A stretch of 64,000 bases of DNA from an uncultured Acidobacteriota bacterium (GTDB lineage Bacteria > Acidobacteriota > Terriglobia > Terriglobales > Acidobacteriaceae): NCBI GenBank assembly GCA_963745715.1, contig CAVUYN010000002.1, positions 39,751-103,750 of the forward strand, in the 5' to 3' direction. The notes below the pieces were generated by a model that searched no databases, was not told where the DNA came from, and saw only the letters and a program-made list of their open reading frames with translations. The position numbers and the translations under genes are program-made. Shown piece after piece: positions 27,939-38,500 of this stretch. Within the stretch, counting starts at the first letter, position 1. Every line of letters starts with the position of its first letter.

Positions 27939-28958
27939 TTAGGGAGGTGGAGATTCTTTTTTGCTACTTCGCCCAGCAGAACTTCGATAACTGTCGAGCG
28001 TGTGATTGACGCTCGCGATATACAGATCTTCAGTCTTGCGAGTCGGAATTTTGAAGTCTAGAGCCCTGAACGGACCCACTTTCGGTACGAACTTTAGGAA
28101 AAAAGCCAGTACCCGGGTGCCGAACCCCGGACGCCGATAGCCTTTGCCCCACTCCCTCTGATAGTCAGCACGGGAAAGATAATAGCGAAACTTTCTGGAA
28201 TTGAAATTGGGTGTCTCAGTGACCAGTTCCTTCTTTCGCGCCAGCAGCGCGACCCTGGTCATCTCGGGAACGATGCGACTGATCGCGCGCCGAAACGTTC
28301 CAATCGCCAAATCCTCATTCGAGATTACGTCACTGAGCGGAATACCATACGTATCTTGAAAAGCTCGCTCGAGAACAGGTTTTGATACTTCAAATCCAAT
28401 GAAATCATGATATCGGTCGGATGTGTAGCGATTCTTGGCCACTTGGGTCACGTCGAAACCAAACTCCGTCCGAATGTGAGCCTTGGGATCGTCGGCATAA
28501 GTCACCGCGTCGCCGAACTTCTTCCGCAGTTTCGGAAATTCCAGCGCCACCGCCCGATTCACTGTGGGGTGCCCCATGTTATCCGAAGAGTAGTGGGCCA
28601 GCGCGCCCAGAGCGAAAGCGTACTCGTTCAAATCGCTGGATTCGTTGATCAGGTTGACGATGAAGTCGCCGCTCCGCACGTAGTGCGTGAGGTCGCTGAA
28701 ATATTTGTTGCCAAAAGGATAATAGCCCATGTCCTGCACAAGCGACCCACCATATGCGAACGCATGCGCTTTCTTAATATCTTCAGCAGTAGCGTCGGGG
28801 AAGCGCTTCACGAGGAGTGGCCGAATATCGTCCTTCCACAGGAGATCTACGACTTCTTCATGCGTCAAGACCGAGTAAGCCCCGCAAAACTTCGGCAGAA
28901 CAAGAAGGAGCGCCAGGGCAAACGACGCCCGCCAGAGATTCCGAAGAAGATGTCTCAT
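27939..28958 (-). CDS. zinc-dependent phospholipase C-like family protein
   Basis: The signal peptide begins at ATG 28958 (MRHLLRNLW...). The mature N-terminus YSVLTHEEVVD and the SSDNMGHP motif are typical of this family. Confidence 0.6.
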   Translation of the reverse strand: MRHLLRNLWRASFALALLLVLPKFCGAYSVLTHEEVVDLLWKDDIRPLLVKRFPDATAEDIKKAHAFAYGGSLVQDMGYYPFGNKYFSDLTHYVRSGDFIVNLINESSDLNEYAFALGALAHYSSDNMGHPTVNRAVALEFPKLRKKFGDAVTYADDPKAHIRTEFGFDVTQVAKNRYTSDRYHDFIGFEVSKPVLERAFQDTYGIPLSDVISNEDLAIGTFRRAISRIVPEMTRVALLARKKELVTETPNFNSRKFRYYLSRADYQREWGKGYRRPGFGTRVLAFFLKFVPKVGPFRALDFKIPTRKTEDLYIASVNHTLDSYRSSAGRSSKKESPPP

Positions 28959-29314
28959 AAAGGATTGTTGGCAAGAGCGAGTCGCCGAACCTGACCTTCT
29001 TCGCTTGCCGCGGGAGCTCCCTCCATGCACCCTCATTCATTTATGCACAGGAGGGCAATATCGTCCGGCGTAGGTTAGTTGCCCAGCGCCAGCCAAGGTT
29101 GTGCGGAATCGTACCAAGCGAGCTACCTAAGCGTCCGTCGACGTACAGATATATTTTCGGCTGGCTACAATGTTCGCGTTAATGACAGGGGGCGTATCCG
29201 CGAATAGGGTGGAGACTGGTTCCACGGGCTTCGACATGCAAATGTTTCAACCCGTACGCGGACTCAATGGTGGTGTTAGCCGCGGAATCTTGAATCAACG
29301 TAGAGGAGAAGAAA

Positions 29315-29470
29315 ATGAGCATCTGGACAATCTTGTTCGTGATTCTGTTAGTAGCTTGGATTACCGGTTTCTCGGTGTTCCACGTAGCCGGGGGACTCAT
29401 CCACTTGCTGCTCATCTTCGCGGTGATTTCCCTGATCCTGCATTTTGTGATGGGAAGAAGCGCCGCCTGA
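29315..29470 (+). CDS. lmo0937-family small membrane protein (51 aa; not in the ORF track)
   Basis: Translation MSIWTILFVILLVAWITGFSVFHVAGGLIHLLLIFAVISLILHFVMGRSAA. GGAGAAG lies upstream. A paralog occurs at 52754. Confidence 0.7.
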   Translation: MSIWTILFVILLVAWITGFSVFHVAGGLIHLLLIFAVISLILHFVMGRSAA

Positions 29471-29523
29471 GCACGGTTCTCAAGAGGGCCTAACAATTCC
29501 GTACCGACGATCAAAGGGCCAGC

Positions 29524-29556
29524 ATTGATTTGCTGGCCCTTTGAAAATTCTCTTGG
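29524..29556. terminator. bidirectional rho-independent terminator
   Basis: AAAGGGCCAGCA-ttgatt-TGCTGGCCCTTT, lying between convergent genes. Confidence 0.75.
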
Positions 29557-29568
29557 AGAATGAGCTCA

Positions 29569-29895
29569 CTACTTGCTCATATCCTTCATGTTGTCACCGG
29601 CCATCTTGAGCGAAACAACGTTGACCGAGGTCTTATCGCCGGATACCTGAGCTTTCAATGTCACATGGTGTCCTTCGTGACCTTTGACGGCGTCCGGATT
29701 GTCGATCGTATAGCTTTTTCCGTCCTTATCGCTTACGAAGCTCTTCCCGTCATCGCTGACTTTTCCCGTGATGCTGGTAGCTTTCCCGGAGGCGTCGGAC
29801 TTCATGTTGTTGTCTTGCTTCGTTGTGTCCTGAGCCGCTAACCCAAGCGACATCAGCAGCATGAACGCGAAGAGTACCGTCATCAACTTCTTCAT
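29569..29895 (-). CDS. small secreted DUF5818-like protein (paralog B)
   Basis: Signal peptide MKKLMTVLFAFMLLMSLGLAAQ. Core ITGKVSDDGKSFVSDKDGKSYTIDNPDAVKGHEGHHVTLKAQV. Confidence 0.6.
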   Translation of the reverse strand: MKKLMTVLFAFMLLMSLGLAAQDTTKQDNNMKSDASGKATSITGKVSDDGKSFVSDKDGKSYTIDNPDAVKGHEGHHVTLKAQVSGDKTSVNVVSLKMAGDNMKDMSK

Positions 29896-30223
29896 TTTTG
29901 TATCTCCTTGTATTTGTTCTTCTGTTGAACTCGGGTCCCGCTCGCCGAACGAGAAACCACCTCTGAGACTGACTTCAAAGTTTCTTCCATCAACGAGAGC
30001 CTAAAGCGCCCTGATAAGGCGCATCAACATCCGCCCAAGATCTGGCCGGTAAAAGGCATTGAGATTCGAGACGAGTGGACTTACAAGGCGAATCCTGGTT
30101 AAAAACCTAAAACACGGACGGTACTGGAGCAATACAGGGAAACCTGTACGGCACAACCCCGATCGCACGATTGGCTCTCTAAGTATGAGTGTAAAGCTAG
30201 AGATGAGTCGAGGAGAAAGTGCA

Positions 30224-31345
30224 ATGAGCATCCGTCCCTTTCGCGCAGTGTTCCCGGCAGTAGTAGTGCTGCTGATCGCTTCGTCGGCATCGTTCGCTCA
30301 ACTTCGCATCTCCGTAAGTTTTGGCCCACCGGCACTTCCGGTTTACGAACAGCCGCTTTGTCCTGGTGAAGGGTATATATGGACGCCCGGCTATTGGGCG
30401 TGGGGAGAGGATGACGACGATTATTATTGGGTTCCCGGAACCTGGGTACTCGCACCAGAAACCGGCTTCCTCTGGACCCCTCCTTATTGGGGCTGGGCTG
30501 ATGGCGGATTTATTTTTTATGATGGTTACTGGGGTCCACAGGTCGGATTCTATGGCGGCATCAATTACGGCTTCGGTTATTTTGGGGAAGGATTCGAAGG
30601 TGGGCGTTGGGAGAACGGACGATTCTTCTACAACCGTGCCGTGACCAATATTAACGTCACTAATATCCACAACGTCTACAACACAACCGTCATCAACAAT
30701 AGGGTCAACCGGGTCAGCTACAACGGCGGCAATGGAGGTGTCCAGGCGCGTCCAACGCCGCAGCAGGAGGCTGCAGCTCATCAACGCCATCTTCCACCAG
30801 TAGCAGTCCAGAGGGAGCACCTGCAAGCGGCACGGAGCGATTCGCAGCTACGGGCTTCTGCGAATCATGGCAGACCTCCAATCGCTGCAACGGAAAAACC
30901 GGGGGCCTTTCACGGCCGAGAAGTCATGCCTGCCCGCGAGGCTGGAGGCCCGTACAATCCTCCCGCTAATCGCGGAGCACGACAACCGAGTTCAGCCGCC
31001 GGTGGTCGCCCTACGACGGCCGTTCATCCCAAAGAACTTCCATCACTCGAGCGGCATGCGCCCCTCAATACCGGAAATCCAAAGTTCGACCGGAGATACG
31101 AACAACAGCAATCAAAGCTCCAGCAGAAACAGGATCAGGAGCGGCAGAAGCTGCAACAGAGGCAGGACAAAGAACATCAACAACTGGCCAAGCGGAACGC
31201 GGATGAAGCTCGAAAACAACAAACTGAACAGAGGCACCAACAGCAGACTCAGCAATTGCAGGAAAAGCATGTGCAGCAGCAGCAAAGACTGCAGGAGCGT
31301 CAAAGGCCGGAGAGCCGACCTGAGCAGCCTCGACCTCACAAGTGA
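30224..31345 (+). CDS. secreted YXWGXW/WxxGxW-repeat protein with a Gln/Lys-rich coiled-coil tail
   Basis: AGGAG lies 8 nt upstream of the ATG at 30224, and a signal peptide follows. Repeats read YIWTPGYWAWGEDDDDYYWVPGTWV...LWTPPYWGWADGGFIFYDGYWG. The C-terminus is QQKQDQERQKLQQRQDKEHQQL. Confidence 0.65.
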   Translation: MSIRPFRAVFPAVVVLLIASSASFAQLRISVSFGPPALPVYEQPLCPGEGYIWTPGYWAWGEDDDDYYWVPGTWVLAPETGFLWTPPYWGWADGGFIFYDGYWGPQVGFYGGINYGFGYFGEGFEGGRWENGRFFYNRAVTNINVTNIHNVYNTTVINNRVNRVSYNGGNGGVQARPTPQQEAAAHQRHLPPVAVQREHLQAARSDSQLRASANHGRPPIAATEKPGAFHGREVMPAREAGGPYNPPANRGARQPSSAAGGRPTTAVHPKELPSLERHAPLNTGNPKFDRRYEQQQSKLQQKQDQERQKLQQRQDKEHQQLAKRNADEARKQQTEQRHQQQTQQLQEKHVQQQQRLQERQRPESRPEQPRPHK

Positions 31346-31393
31346 CTCAGTGGGTACGAAATCGGAGACTGTTTTGTCGAGGAGATCTTAGAA

Positions 31394-33313
31394 TTACCTT
31401 GCCGCGACTCGAGTCGGTTCCTCGCTCTTATTCTCATCGGTATTTGGGGAAGGCAGCTCTTCCAGCCTGAGAGGCTGATCAGAGGAATCGATTTGAAGCA
31501 GTCTTCGGATGTGCAGCAGAGCCTCCGAAAGCGTTGTCGCGACCGCATCAGTGCATCCCGGGCCAACCCGCTGTTGGGCCTTGGGAACCCCGCCTGTAAA
31601 TCCCCATAATCCAATGACGATAGCCAGGTCAGGAAATCGAGCGCGTAAGCGCTTGCAAAGGGAGCGAGCTTGTCCAACGGCGAAAGGGGGAAGCGCCGAT
31701 ATACAGGCTATTTGAAACTTCCCCTGGGCTACCTCGTCCAACATGTTGTCTACTGTTCCGATGGCCAGAAATCTGGCATTGTTGATCCCTGCCCGTCGAA
31801 GCAACTGTGCAAGCATCATACCTACAAGTTCGTCGGCATCGTCCCTTGCTGGCAGACAAACAATGCGCGCATTGGCGAACCGAGCATCAGGAGCGCCTCC
31901 ATCTGCGGCTGCTTCCGCGGGAGATGCTTGCCGCTTATCGCGATCCTCTAAGTCGTCGATCAGCTCGCGAGTGCTTTGAGAAATGAATTCGGAGGAGCGA
32001 TCGCCAAGAATGTCCGTGTGGCGGTCCTCCTCTGCCAACCTCAGGGCTGGAATCAAGACTGACTCGTAAAGCTGCTCCAGCGATTTGTTTTCGAGGTACT
32101 CCTCCGCAACATTCCTCGCCTCATCCGGATCCATCGCAAGAAGGCGCTGATAAAAAAGCTCCTCGGGATTGAGGGCGGGCGAATCGCCAAGTAGTACCTC
32201 CAGAAAGCTCATCTGCGGAACGTATCGACCGACGAGTATGAGGCAGACCGTTAAGGGAGTGGATAGAATCAGACCCACCGGTCCCCACAATGTTGCCCAA
32301 AATATGGCCGCCACCAAAATGGCGAGCGATGAGATGCCCATGTGTGCACCGTAAAGCCAGGGCTCAATCACGTTTCCGGTAATCAGTTCGAGGACGGCGA
32401 ATAGTGAGAAGGTGAGTAGTGAGTGCTTCCACCCGGGAAACACCGCTACCGCCATGACGATAGGAAAAGCCGTCGCGATCCACGAACCTACATAGGGGAC
32501 AAAGCGGAGCAAGGCTGCCAACGCGCCCCATAAAAGCGCGTGCGGCACACCAATCACATACAATCCGAGCCCGAACAGAAGTCCATAGCAGGCATTCACC
32601 AGGAATTGAAGGAGAAGGTACCGGCTTAGGCGGTCGCTGGCATCCTCGAGAGCTTGGGTCATCATCGACAATTGCCCTTGCCCTCCAAGCCGTATCAGGC
32701 GATTGCGAAGGTCCTCTCGGTTGACCAACATGAATGCCATGAAGATGATCACGAGGCCGGCCGTTTCCAGAGGTCCTGCCAGCGGTCCCATGATCGTGCG
32801 CAGATCCTGTAGAAAATTCGACGGAGGGGCCGTCACCTGTACCGGGATAGGGCGGGCAGGATGTGCGCCGCCATCTTTGTTTTTTGCAGCTTTGGCAGCC
32901 TCTCCGGGAGCGACCGCCAACTCCTTATTCAGCTCTTGAACTGTAGCGGTCGCCTGAATTAGGGGAGTGTTGTGCTGCGAATGCAAGGAGCGAATCTTTT
33001 CTTCTATGTTGCTTCGGTAGTCTTGGATGTGACCGGTAATCTCGAGGAGTTGACCCGCCACTCCCCAGCCGACAGTAGCCACGGCTGCGAAGCAAAGAAC
33101 CAGTACGATGAGGACGGCGGGGATGCGGCCCAAATGGGCTTTCTGCAACAAGCCGACAACAGGGGTGAGAAGGAAACTGAGAACCAGCGCCAGAGCTAAG
33201 GGTATGAAAATTTGGCGACCGAAATACAGCATCGCAATCGACACGGCGACTGCAATAATCATTGATGATTTGGAGGAAGCGGCTGAAGTCGCAGAATTTG
33301 GGGAGCGGACCAA
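31394..33313 (-). CDS. AI-2E (PerM/UPF0118) family transporter with a cytoplasmic C-terminal extension of about 270 aa
   Basis: A typical eight-TM AI-2E core (..LRFVPYVGSWIA.., ..GNVIEPWLYG..). It is followed by a Rossmann-like segment, IVCLPARDDADELVGMMLAQLLRRAG...ISALPPFAVGQARSLCKRLRARFPDLAIVIGLWG. Confidence 0.85.
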   Translation of the reverse strand: MVRSPNSATSAASSKSSMIIAVAVSIAMLYFGRQIFIPLALALVLSFLLTPVVGLLQKAHLGRIPAVLIVLVLCFAAVATVGWGVAGQLLEITGHIQDYRSNIEEKIRSLHSQHNTPLIQATATVQELNKELAVAPGEAAKAAKNKDGGAHPARPIPVQVTAPPSNFLQDLRTIMGPLAGPLETAGLVIIFMAFMLVNREDLRNRLIRLGGQGQLSMMTQALEDASDRLSRYLLLQFLVNACYGLLFGLGLYVIGVPHALLWGALAALLRFVPYVGSWIATAFPIVMAVAVFPGWKHSLLTFSLFAVLELITGNVIEPWLYGAHMGISSLAILVAAIFWATLWGPVGLILSTPLTVCLILVGRYVPQMSFLEVLLGDSPALNPEELFYQRLLAMDPDEARNVAEEYLENKSLEQLYESVLIPALRLAEEDRHTDILGDRSSEFISQSTRELIDDLEDRDKRQASPAEAAADGGAPDARFANARIVCLPARDDADELVGMMLAQLLRRAGINNARFLAIGTVDNMLDEVAQGKFQIACISALPPFAVGQARSLCKRLRARFPDLAIVIGLWGFTGGVPKAQQRVGPGCTDAVATTLSEALLHIRRLLQIDSSDQPLRLEELPSPNTDENKSEEPTRVAAR

Positions 33314-33378
33314 TTCCTACCTCCAGTTCAATCTTGCTAGATGCGGAAGCCCCGTTTTCTAAACGAATCGACTCTCGC

Positions 33379-33531
33379 TTATGAAACTCGTCCCGAGCAT
33401 TCGGAATGCCCGCACCGGCAACCAATTTCCGCAGTGTCCTTTGCCGATTCACATTGAGGACTGCAGTACTTGCCATCTGATCCCGCAGCACAGCTGCAAT
33501 TTTCGTGTGCGCATTTCTTGTCGTTTTGCAT
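33379..33531 (-). CDS. Cys/His-rich 50-aa protein, metallothionein-like
   Basis: GAGG precedes the ATG at 33531. Translation MQNDKKCAHENCSCAAGSDGKYCSPQCESAKDTAEIGCRCGHSECSGRVS (9 Cys, 3 His). Confidence 0.5.
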   Translation of the reverse strand: MQNDKKCAHENCSCAAGSDGKYCSPQCESAKDTAEIGCRCGHSECSGRVS

Positions 33532-33570
33532 GTTCCGCCTCTTAAAATGTTTCAGCGTTGAAGAGCAAAT

Positions 33571-33607
33571 CGGGATGCCGGCAAACAATTACAGGTTGCC
33601 GGCATCC
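33571..33607 (-). terminator. 13-bp perfect stem-loop between the GSP17M-like gene and the Cys-rich gene
   Basis: GGGATGCCGGCAA-11 nt-TTGCCGGCATCCC. The tail on the minus strand is only moderately T-rich, so this may act as an attenuator. Confidence 0.45.
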
Positions 33608-33634
33608 CCGAGTACGAAAACTTGTTACGCTGTC

Positions 33635-34210
33635 CTAGCTGGCGCGCCGCAGGCTATCGTCGGCAGGCAGATCAGTCGCGGCCTCGTCCGAACCCGCTTC
33701 TCCCGTCGACGAAATATCTTGTGCGCCGGTGCGCTTCAGGATCTCCTTGGCCCGCTTGGTCCAATCGGAACTATCGGAGTGAACCGAAAGCAGCATGCCC
33801 CCGTCCTTCACTCGGCCCTCATATCTCTTAGCTTCGTATTCAGGAATCCCCATTCCAATCAGAGCGCCAGTAATTCCGCCAACCGTACCGCCCACTCCTG
33901 CTCCCGCCAGCGCCGCCATAATCGGACCCGCGGCGATGAAAGGTCCCAATCCGGGGACAGCCAGAGCACCAATGCCAAGAAGCCATCCCAGTGCGCCTCC
34001 TAGAACAACTCCGGTTCCAGCGCCGGTCGTGGCGCCCTCGGGAGCTTTCGTGTTCTTCTCGTGAGCGAAGTCCCGCGTTCCGGCGCTCTCCGGAAACAAA
34101 ACCGAAATGTCGGTGTTCCGGAATCCGGCGGCTCGCAATTCATCCACGCCGATCTCGACACTGGTGAGCGACGGGTAGATGCCAAACACCGCTGTGTTTT
34201 TTCCTGCCAT
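33635..34210 (-). CDS. YflT/GSP17M-like general stress domain protein with a Gly-zipper membrane segment
   Basis: N-terminus VFGIYPSLTSVEIGVDELRAAGFRNTDISVLFP. Central Gly-rich TM region. C-terminus EYEAKRYEGRVKDGGMLLSVH. Confidence 0.6.
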   Translation of the reverse strand: MAGKNTAVFGIYPSLTSVEIGVDELRAAGFRNTDISVLFPESAGTRDFAHEKNTKAPEGATTGAGTGVVLGGALGWLLGIGALAVPGLGPFIAAGPIMAALAGAGVGGTVGGITGALIGMGIPEYEAKRYEGRVKDGGMLLSVHSDSSDWTKRAKEILKRTGAQDISSTGEAGSDEAATDLPADDSLRRAS

Positions 34211-34245
34211 AAATAAATTCTCCTTAGTGAGGTTGTGTTTTTTTG

Positions 34246-34653
34246 CTAGTTTTTCGGTTTGACAGTCAACTCGCTTGTGACTTTGCCTTCTCCGGCTATT
34301 TCGGCGGCTTTGGCCTCAATCGCCCGCTTCTCATCGTCCGACCGGACCGGTCCCTTGAGCGTGACCTGTCCGTTCTGCGTGATTACTTTCACGTTGTGGG
34401 CGTACTGAGACCAACTTTTCTCGGCCACGATAGCCTGTCGAATTTGCTGGGTAATATCGCGGTCCGAACGATTGGCGTGCTGTTGATCCGCTGTGAGCTC
34501 ATTCGGGTTACGGTCGCGTTGGTTCATTTTCGTGTTGTCAGAATCAGGAGAAGGGGACGCTTTTGTAGGCTCCTGCGCGAGCACCAACACCCCGCACCCC
34601 AATAGAAGCAAGCTCAAGCGCAGGAAATTTCCATAACGAGATTTTCGATTCAT
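34246..34653 (-). CDS. BON domain-containing protein (secreted)
   Basis: The start is at ATG 34653 (MNRKSRYGNFLRLSLLLLGCGVLVLAQ). BON core ITQQIRQAIVAEKSWSQYAHNVKVITQNGQVTLKGPVRSDDEKRAIEAKA. Confidence 0.75.
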   Translation of the reverse strand: MNRKSRYGNFLRLSLLLLGCGVLVLAQEPTKASPSPDSDNTKMNQRDRNPNELTADQQHANRSDRDITQQIRQAIVAEKSWSQYAHNVKVITQNGQVTLKGPVRSDDEKRAIEAKAAEIAGEGKVTSELTVKPKN

Positions 34654-34896
34654 GCCATAACTCCGAACGCTGGATTTGATTTGAGTTCTTGACTGGCCTT
34701 CACCGAGCATAGGTATGCTCACCTTCATCGGCTATAAGGTCCGGTCTTTATATGCTGCGCGGAATGCCTGTAGCGTTGTGAATGCGCACTCCAGTGTTGG
34801 TTGAGAAGCCCCGGCGGGTCAGCCTTCGGGTCTTTCAGCAATGTTTAGATTCGAGAGCGCGGAAGCGCCCCGGCTGCGTCTTGGGTCACGCTTTGA

Positions 34897-35118
34897 TCAC
34901 TCCCGTATTTTCCGGTAAACGCGTACTTTCGCGTGGCTTTGCGAATAGCGCCGAACTATGTCGGCGGTTTGATCGCGTGATCCGTCGTCCACCACGATAA
35001 TTTCGGTTTCCCAGGGCTGCTGCCGCACAAATGTGAGGACCCGCTGGAGCGTCGGACCGAGACGGGCGCCTTCGTTGTAGGCGGGGATGACGATGCTGAT
35101 CGTGCGGTTGCGGGTCAA
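34897..35118 (-). pseudogene. N-terminal remnant of a GT2 (DPM/GtrB-like) glycosyltransferase
   Basis: ISIVIPAYNEG...EIIVVDDGSRDQT is the canonical GT2 N-terminus. The ORF stops after 73 aa, and only about 170 nt remain before the next gene. Confidence 0.55.
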
Positions 35119-35489
35119 GAAGCCATCACCGTGTCTGGTATTCCTTTCGACATCAACGTCGGATCGAAACCCGCGGCTAGAGGCCGTCCAGGCCTCACGT
35201 GCGTGTTGCTTAGAGACTCAACCCACTTCTCAGGTTGCGAAAAAAAGCTGCTTCATCAGCTGCGGGACGTGGCCCAAGCCGTTCGATTCGCTGCCTACAG
35301 GAAATACCTTAGGGTGGCGTTTCTTCGCTTCGTGGTCCAATACACGAGAAAGCTTCAGGCGACACGAGTTGCTCGGGGTCGTTACATATCGCACTAAACC
35401 AAAATGTTGATTTTCACTAAAAGTAAGAAGTGGGTAAGAGGCAAATTATTGCCCATCGAAATTATTAGTAGAAGCATGCCTGACAAAAC

Positions 35490-35518
35490 TTGATTCGTTC
35501 GGGAAAACACCGTATTAA
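35490..35518 (+). promoter_or_regulatory. candidate sigma-70-type promoter for the poly-HAMP kinase operon
   Basis: TTGATT-17 nt-TATTAA, about 37 nt upstream of the ATG at 35555, within an AT-richer stretch. This is a pattern match only. Confidence 0.3.
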
Positions 35519-35554
35519 GTCCGTAATTACGCTCCTTGTCTGTCGAGAGAGACG

Positions 35555-38500
35555 ATGAAAAGGTCTGTCGTAAACCAAGTCGCACCGAATGCCGAAGCCC
35601 TTCCTGCCGCACCCAAGAACAACGGGAAACCCAAAGTGTCCGATGAGTCTCTTGACCTCACTGTAATTCTGGCGAGCCTGCAAAGCATGCGGGACGGAGA
35701 CTTCGCAGTGAGGCTTCCTGGCACCTGGGTCGGTCTTGCAGGAAAAGTGGCGGATACCTTTAACGAGATTGTCGCTGCCAACCAACACATGGCGCAGGAA
35801 CTGAGGCGCGTCGGCCAAGTGGTCGGCAAACAAGGGAAAACCCGCGAGCGGACCCGGTTCCACGAATCCAGAGGCGCCTGGGGAGAGATGGAAGTTTCTG
35901 TCAATACCCTCGTCGAAGACCTACTTCGGCCCACGGCCGAGGTTACGCGTGCGATCGCGGCCGTTGCCCAGGGCGACCTTACACAGACCGTGCGTCTTGA
36001 CGTGGATGGTCGTCCCCTTGAAGGCGAGTTTTTGCGCTCTGCCAATCTTGTCAACACGATGATTCAGCAGCTTGGTGTGTTCACCGCGGAGGTAACGCGC
36101 GTGGCACGCGAAGTGGGAACCGAGGGCAAATTAGGCGGACAGGCGCAGGTGCCCGATGTGGCAGGCACTTGGAAAGATCTCACCGACAACGTGAACCTGA
36201 TGGCCAGCAACCTTACTGGCCAGGTGCGAAATATCGCCGAGGTGGCCACAGCCGTGGCCAGCGGCGATTTGTCGCGAAAAATTACTGTCGATGTGCGCGG
36301 CGAAATTCTGCAGTTGAAAGAAGCCATCAATACGATGGTGGACCAGTTGCGCTCGTTCGCTTCCGAAGTAACGCGCGTGGCCCGCGAAGTCGGTACTGAC
36401 GGCAAACTCGGCGGTCAGGCGGTGGTGCCGGGTGTAGCTGGTACCTGGAAAGATCTCACGGACTCTGTGAACGCAATGGCCGGCAACTTGACGGCTCAGG
36501 TTCGTAACATCGCTGAAGTCACGACCGCTGTGGCCCGCGGTGACTTGTCGCGCAAAATCACGGTCGACGTGAAAGGTGAAATTCTGGAACTCAAGGACAC
36601 CATCAACACGATGGTGGATCAGCTCAACGCTTTCGCTGGCGAGGTTACACGCGTGGCCCGCGAAGTCGGTACGGAAGGCAAGCTTGGCGGACAGGCGCAA
36701 GTGTTTGGTGTCGGCGGTACCTGGAAGGATCTCACCGACAATGTGAACTTCATGGCCAGCAACTTGACCGGCCAGGTGAGAAACATTGCTGAAGTTGCGA
36801 CCGCTATCGCGAGTGGCGACTTGTCCCGCAAGATCACAGTAGACGTCCGCGGCGAAATTCTACAGCTCAAAGAAACTCTCAATACGATGGTGGATCAGCT
36901 CAACCGGTTCGCCGGCGAAGTAACGCGCGTGGCCCGCGAAGTCGGTACCGAGGGCCGTTTGGGCGGACAGGCCAACGTCCCCGGTGTGGCCGGCACGTGG
37001 AAGGATCTGACGGACTCGGTCAACTCCATGGCCGGCAACCTGACTGGCCAAGTTCGAAACATCGCTGAGGTTACGACGGCTGTTGCTCGCGGCGATTTGT
37101 CTCGCAAGATCACCGTCGACGTGAAGGGCGAAATCCTGGAACTCAAGAACACAATCAACACGATGGTGGATCAGCTCAATGCGTTCGCGGGTGAAGTGAC
37201 GCGTGTGGCTCGCGAAGTCGGAACGGAAGGCAAGCTGGGCGGCCAAGCTCAGGTACCAGGCGTGGCGGGGACATGGAAGGATCTGACCGACAACGTGAAC
37301 TTCATGGCCAGCAACTTGACTGGCCAGGTTCGAAACATCGCTGAGGTTGCGACCGCTGTGGCCCGCGGCGATTTATCGCGCAAGATCACGGTCGATGTAA
37401 AAGGCGAAATCCTCGAGCTCAAAGACACCATTAACACGATGGTCGATCAATTGCGCTCGTTCGCCTCGGAAGTGACGCGCGTGGCACGCGAAGTTGGAAC
37501 TGACGGCAAACTGGGGGGGCAGGCGCAGGTGCCCGGTGTCGGCGGAACGTGGAAGGATCTTACCGACTCCGTTAACTCGATGGCCAGCAACTTAACCGGC
37601 CAGGTGCGAAACATTGCCGAAGTGTCAACGGCAATTGCGAGCGGCGACTTGTCCAAGAAGATCACCGTCAACGTGAGCGGCGAAATCTTGCTACTCAAAG
37701 AAACCATCAACACCATGGTGGACCAGCTCAATGCGTTTGCCGCTGAAGTGACGCGCGTGGCCCGCGAAGTAGGGTCCGAAGGCAAGTTGGGCGGACAGGC
37801 GCAAGTACCTGGTGTGGCTGGCACGTGGAAGGATCTCACGGACTCTGTCAACTCAATGGCAGGCAACCTGACTGGCCAGGTGCGAAACATTGCTGAAGTG
37901 ACGACGGCCGTTGCTCGCGGCGATTTGTCTCGCAAGATCACAGTCGACGTGAAGGGCGAAATCCTCGAACTGAAGAACACCATCAACACGATGGTGGATC
38001 AGCTTAACGCGTTCGCCGGCGAAGTGACGCGTGTGGCGCGCGAAGTCGGAACAGACGGGAAACTCGGGGGCCAGGCGCAGGTGCCCGGAGTCGCGGGGAC
38101 GTGGAAGGATCTCACCGACAACGTGAACTTCATGGCCAGCAACTTGACCGGCCAGGTGCGAAACATCGCTGAAGTTGCAACCGCTATTGCAAACGGCGAC
38201 CTCTCAAAGAAAATCACGGTCGACGTCCGCGGTGAAATCTTGCAGCTCAAGGAAACGCTGAACACGATGGTCGAGCAGTTGCGCTCGTTCGCCGCCGAAG
38301 TGACCCGTGTTGCGCGCGAAGTCGGTTCTGAAGGCCGCCTGGGTGGACAAGCCAACGTTCCGGGTGTTGCCGGTACTTGGAAGGATCTTACGGACTCGGT
38401 GAATGCTATGGCCGGCAACCTGACCGGCCAGGTGCGTAACATCGCGGAAGTAACGACGGCAGTCGCTCGCGGCGATCTGTCGCGCAAAATCACAGTCGAC

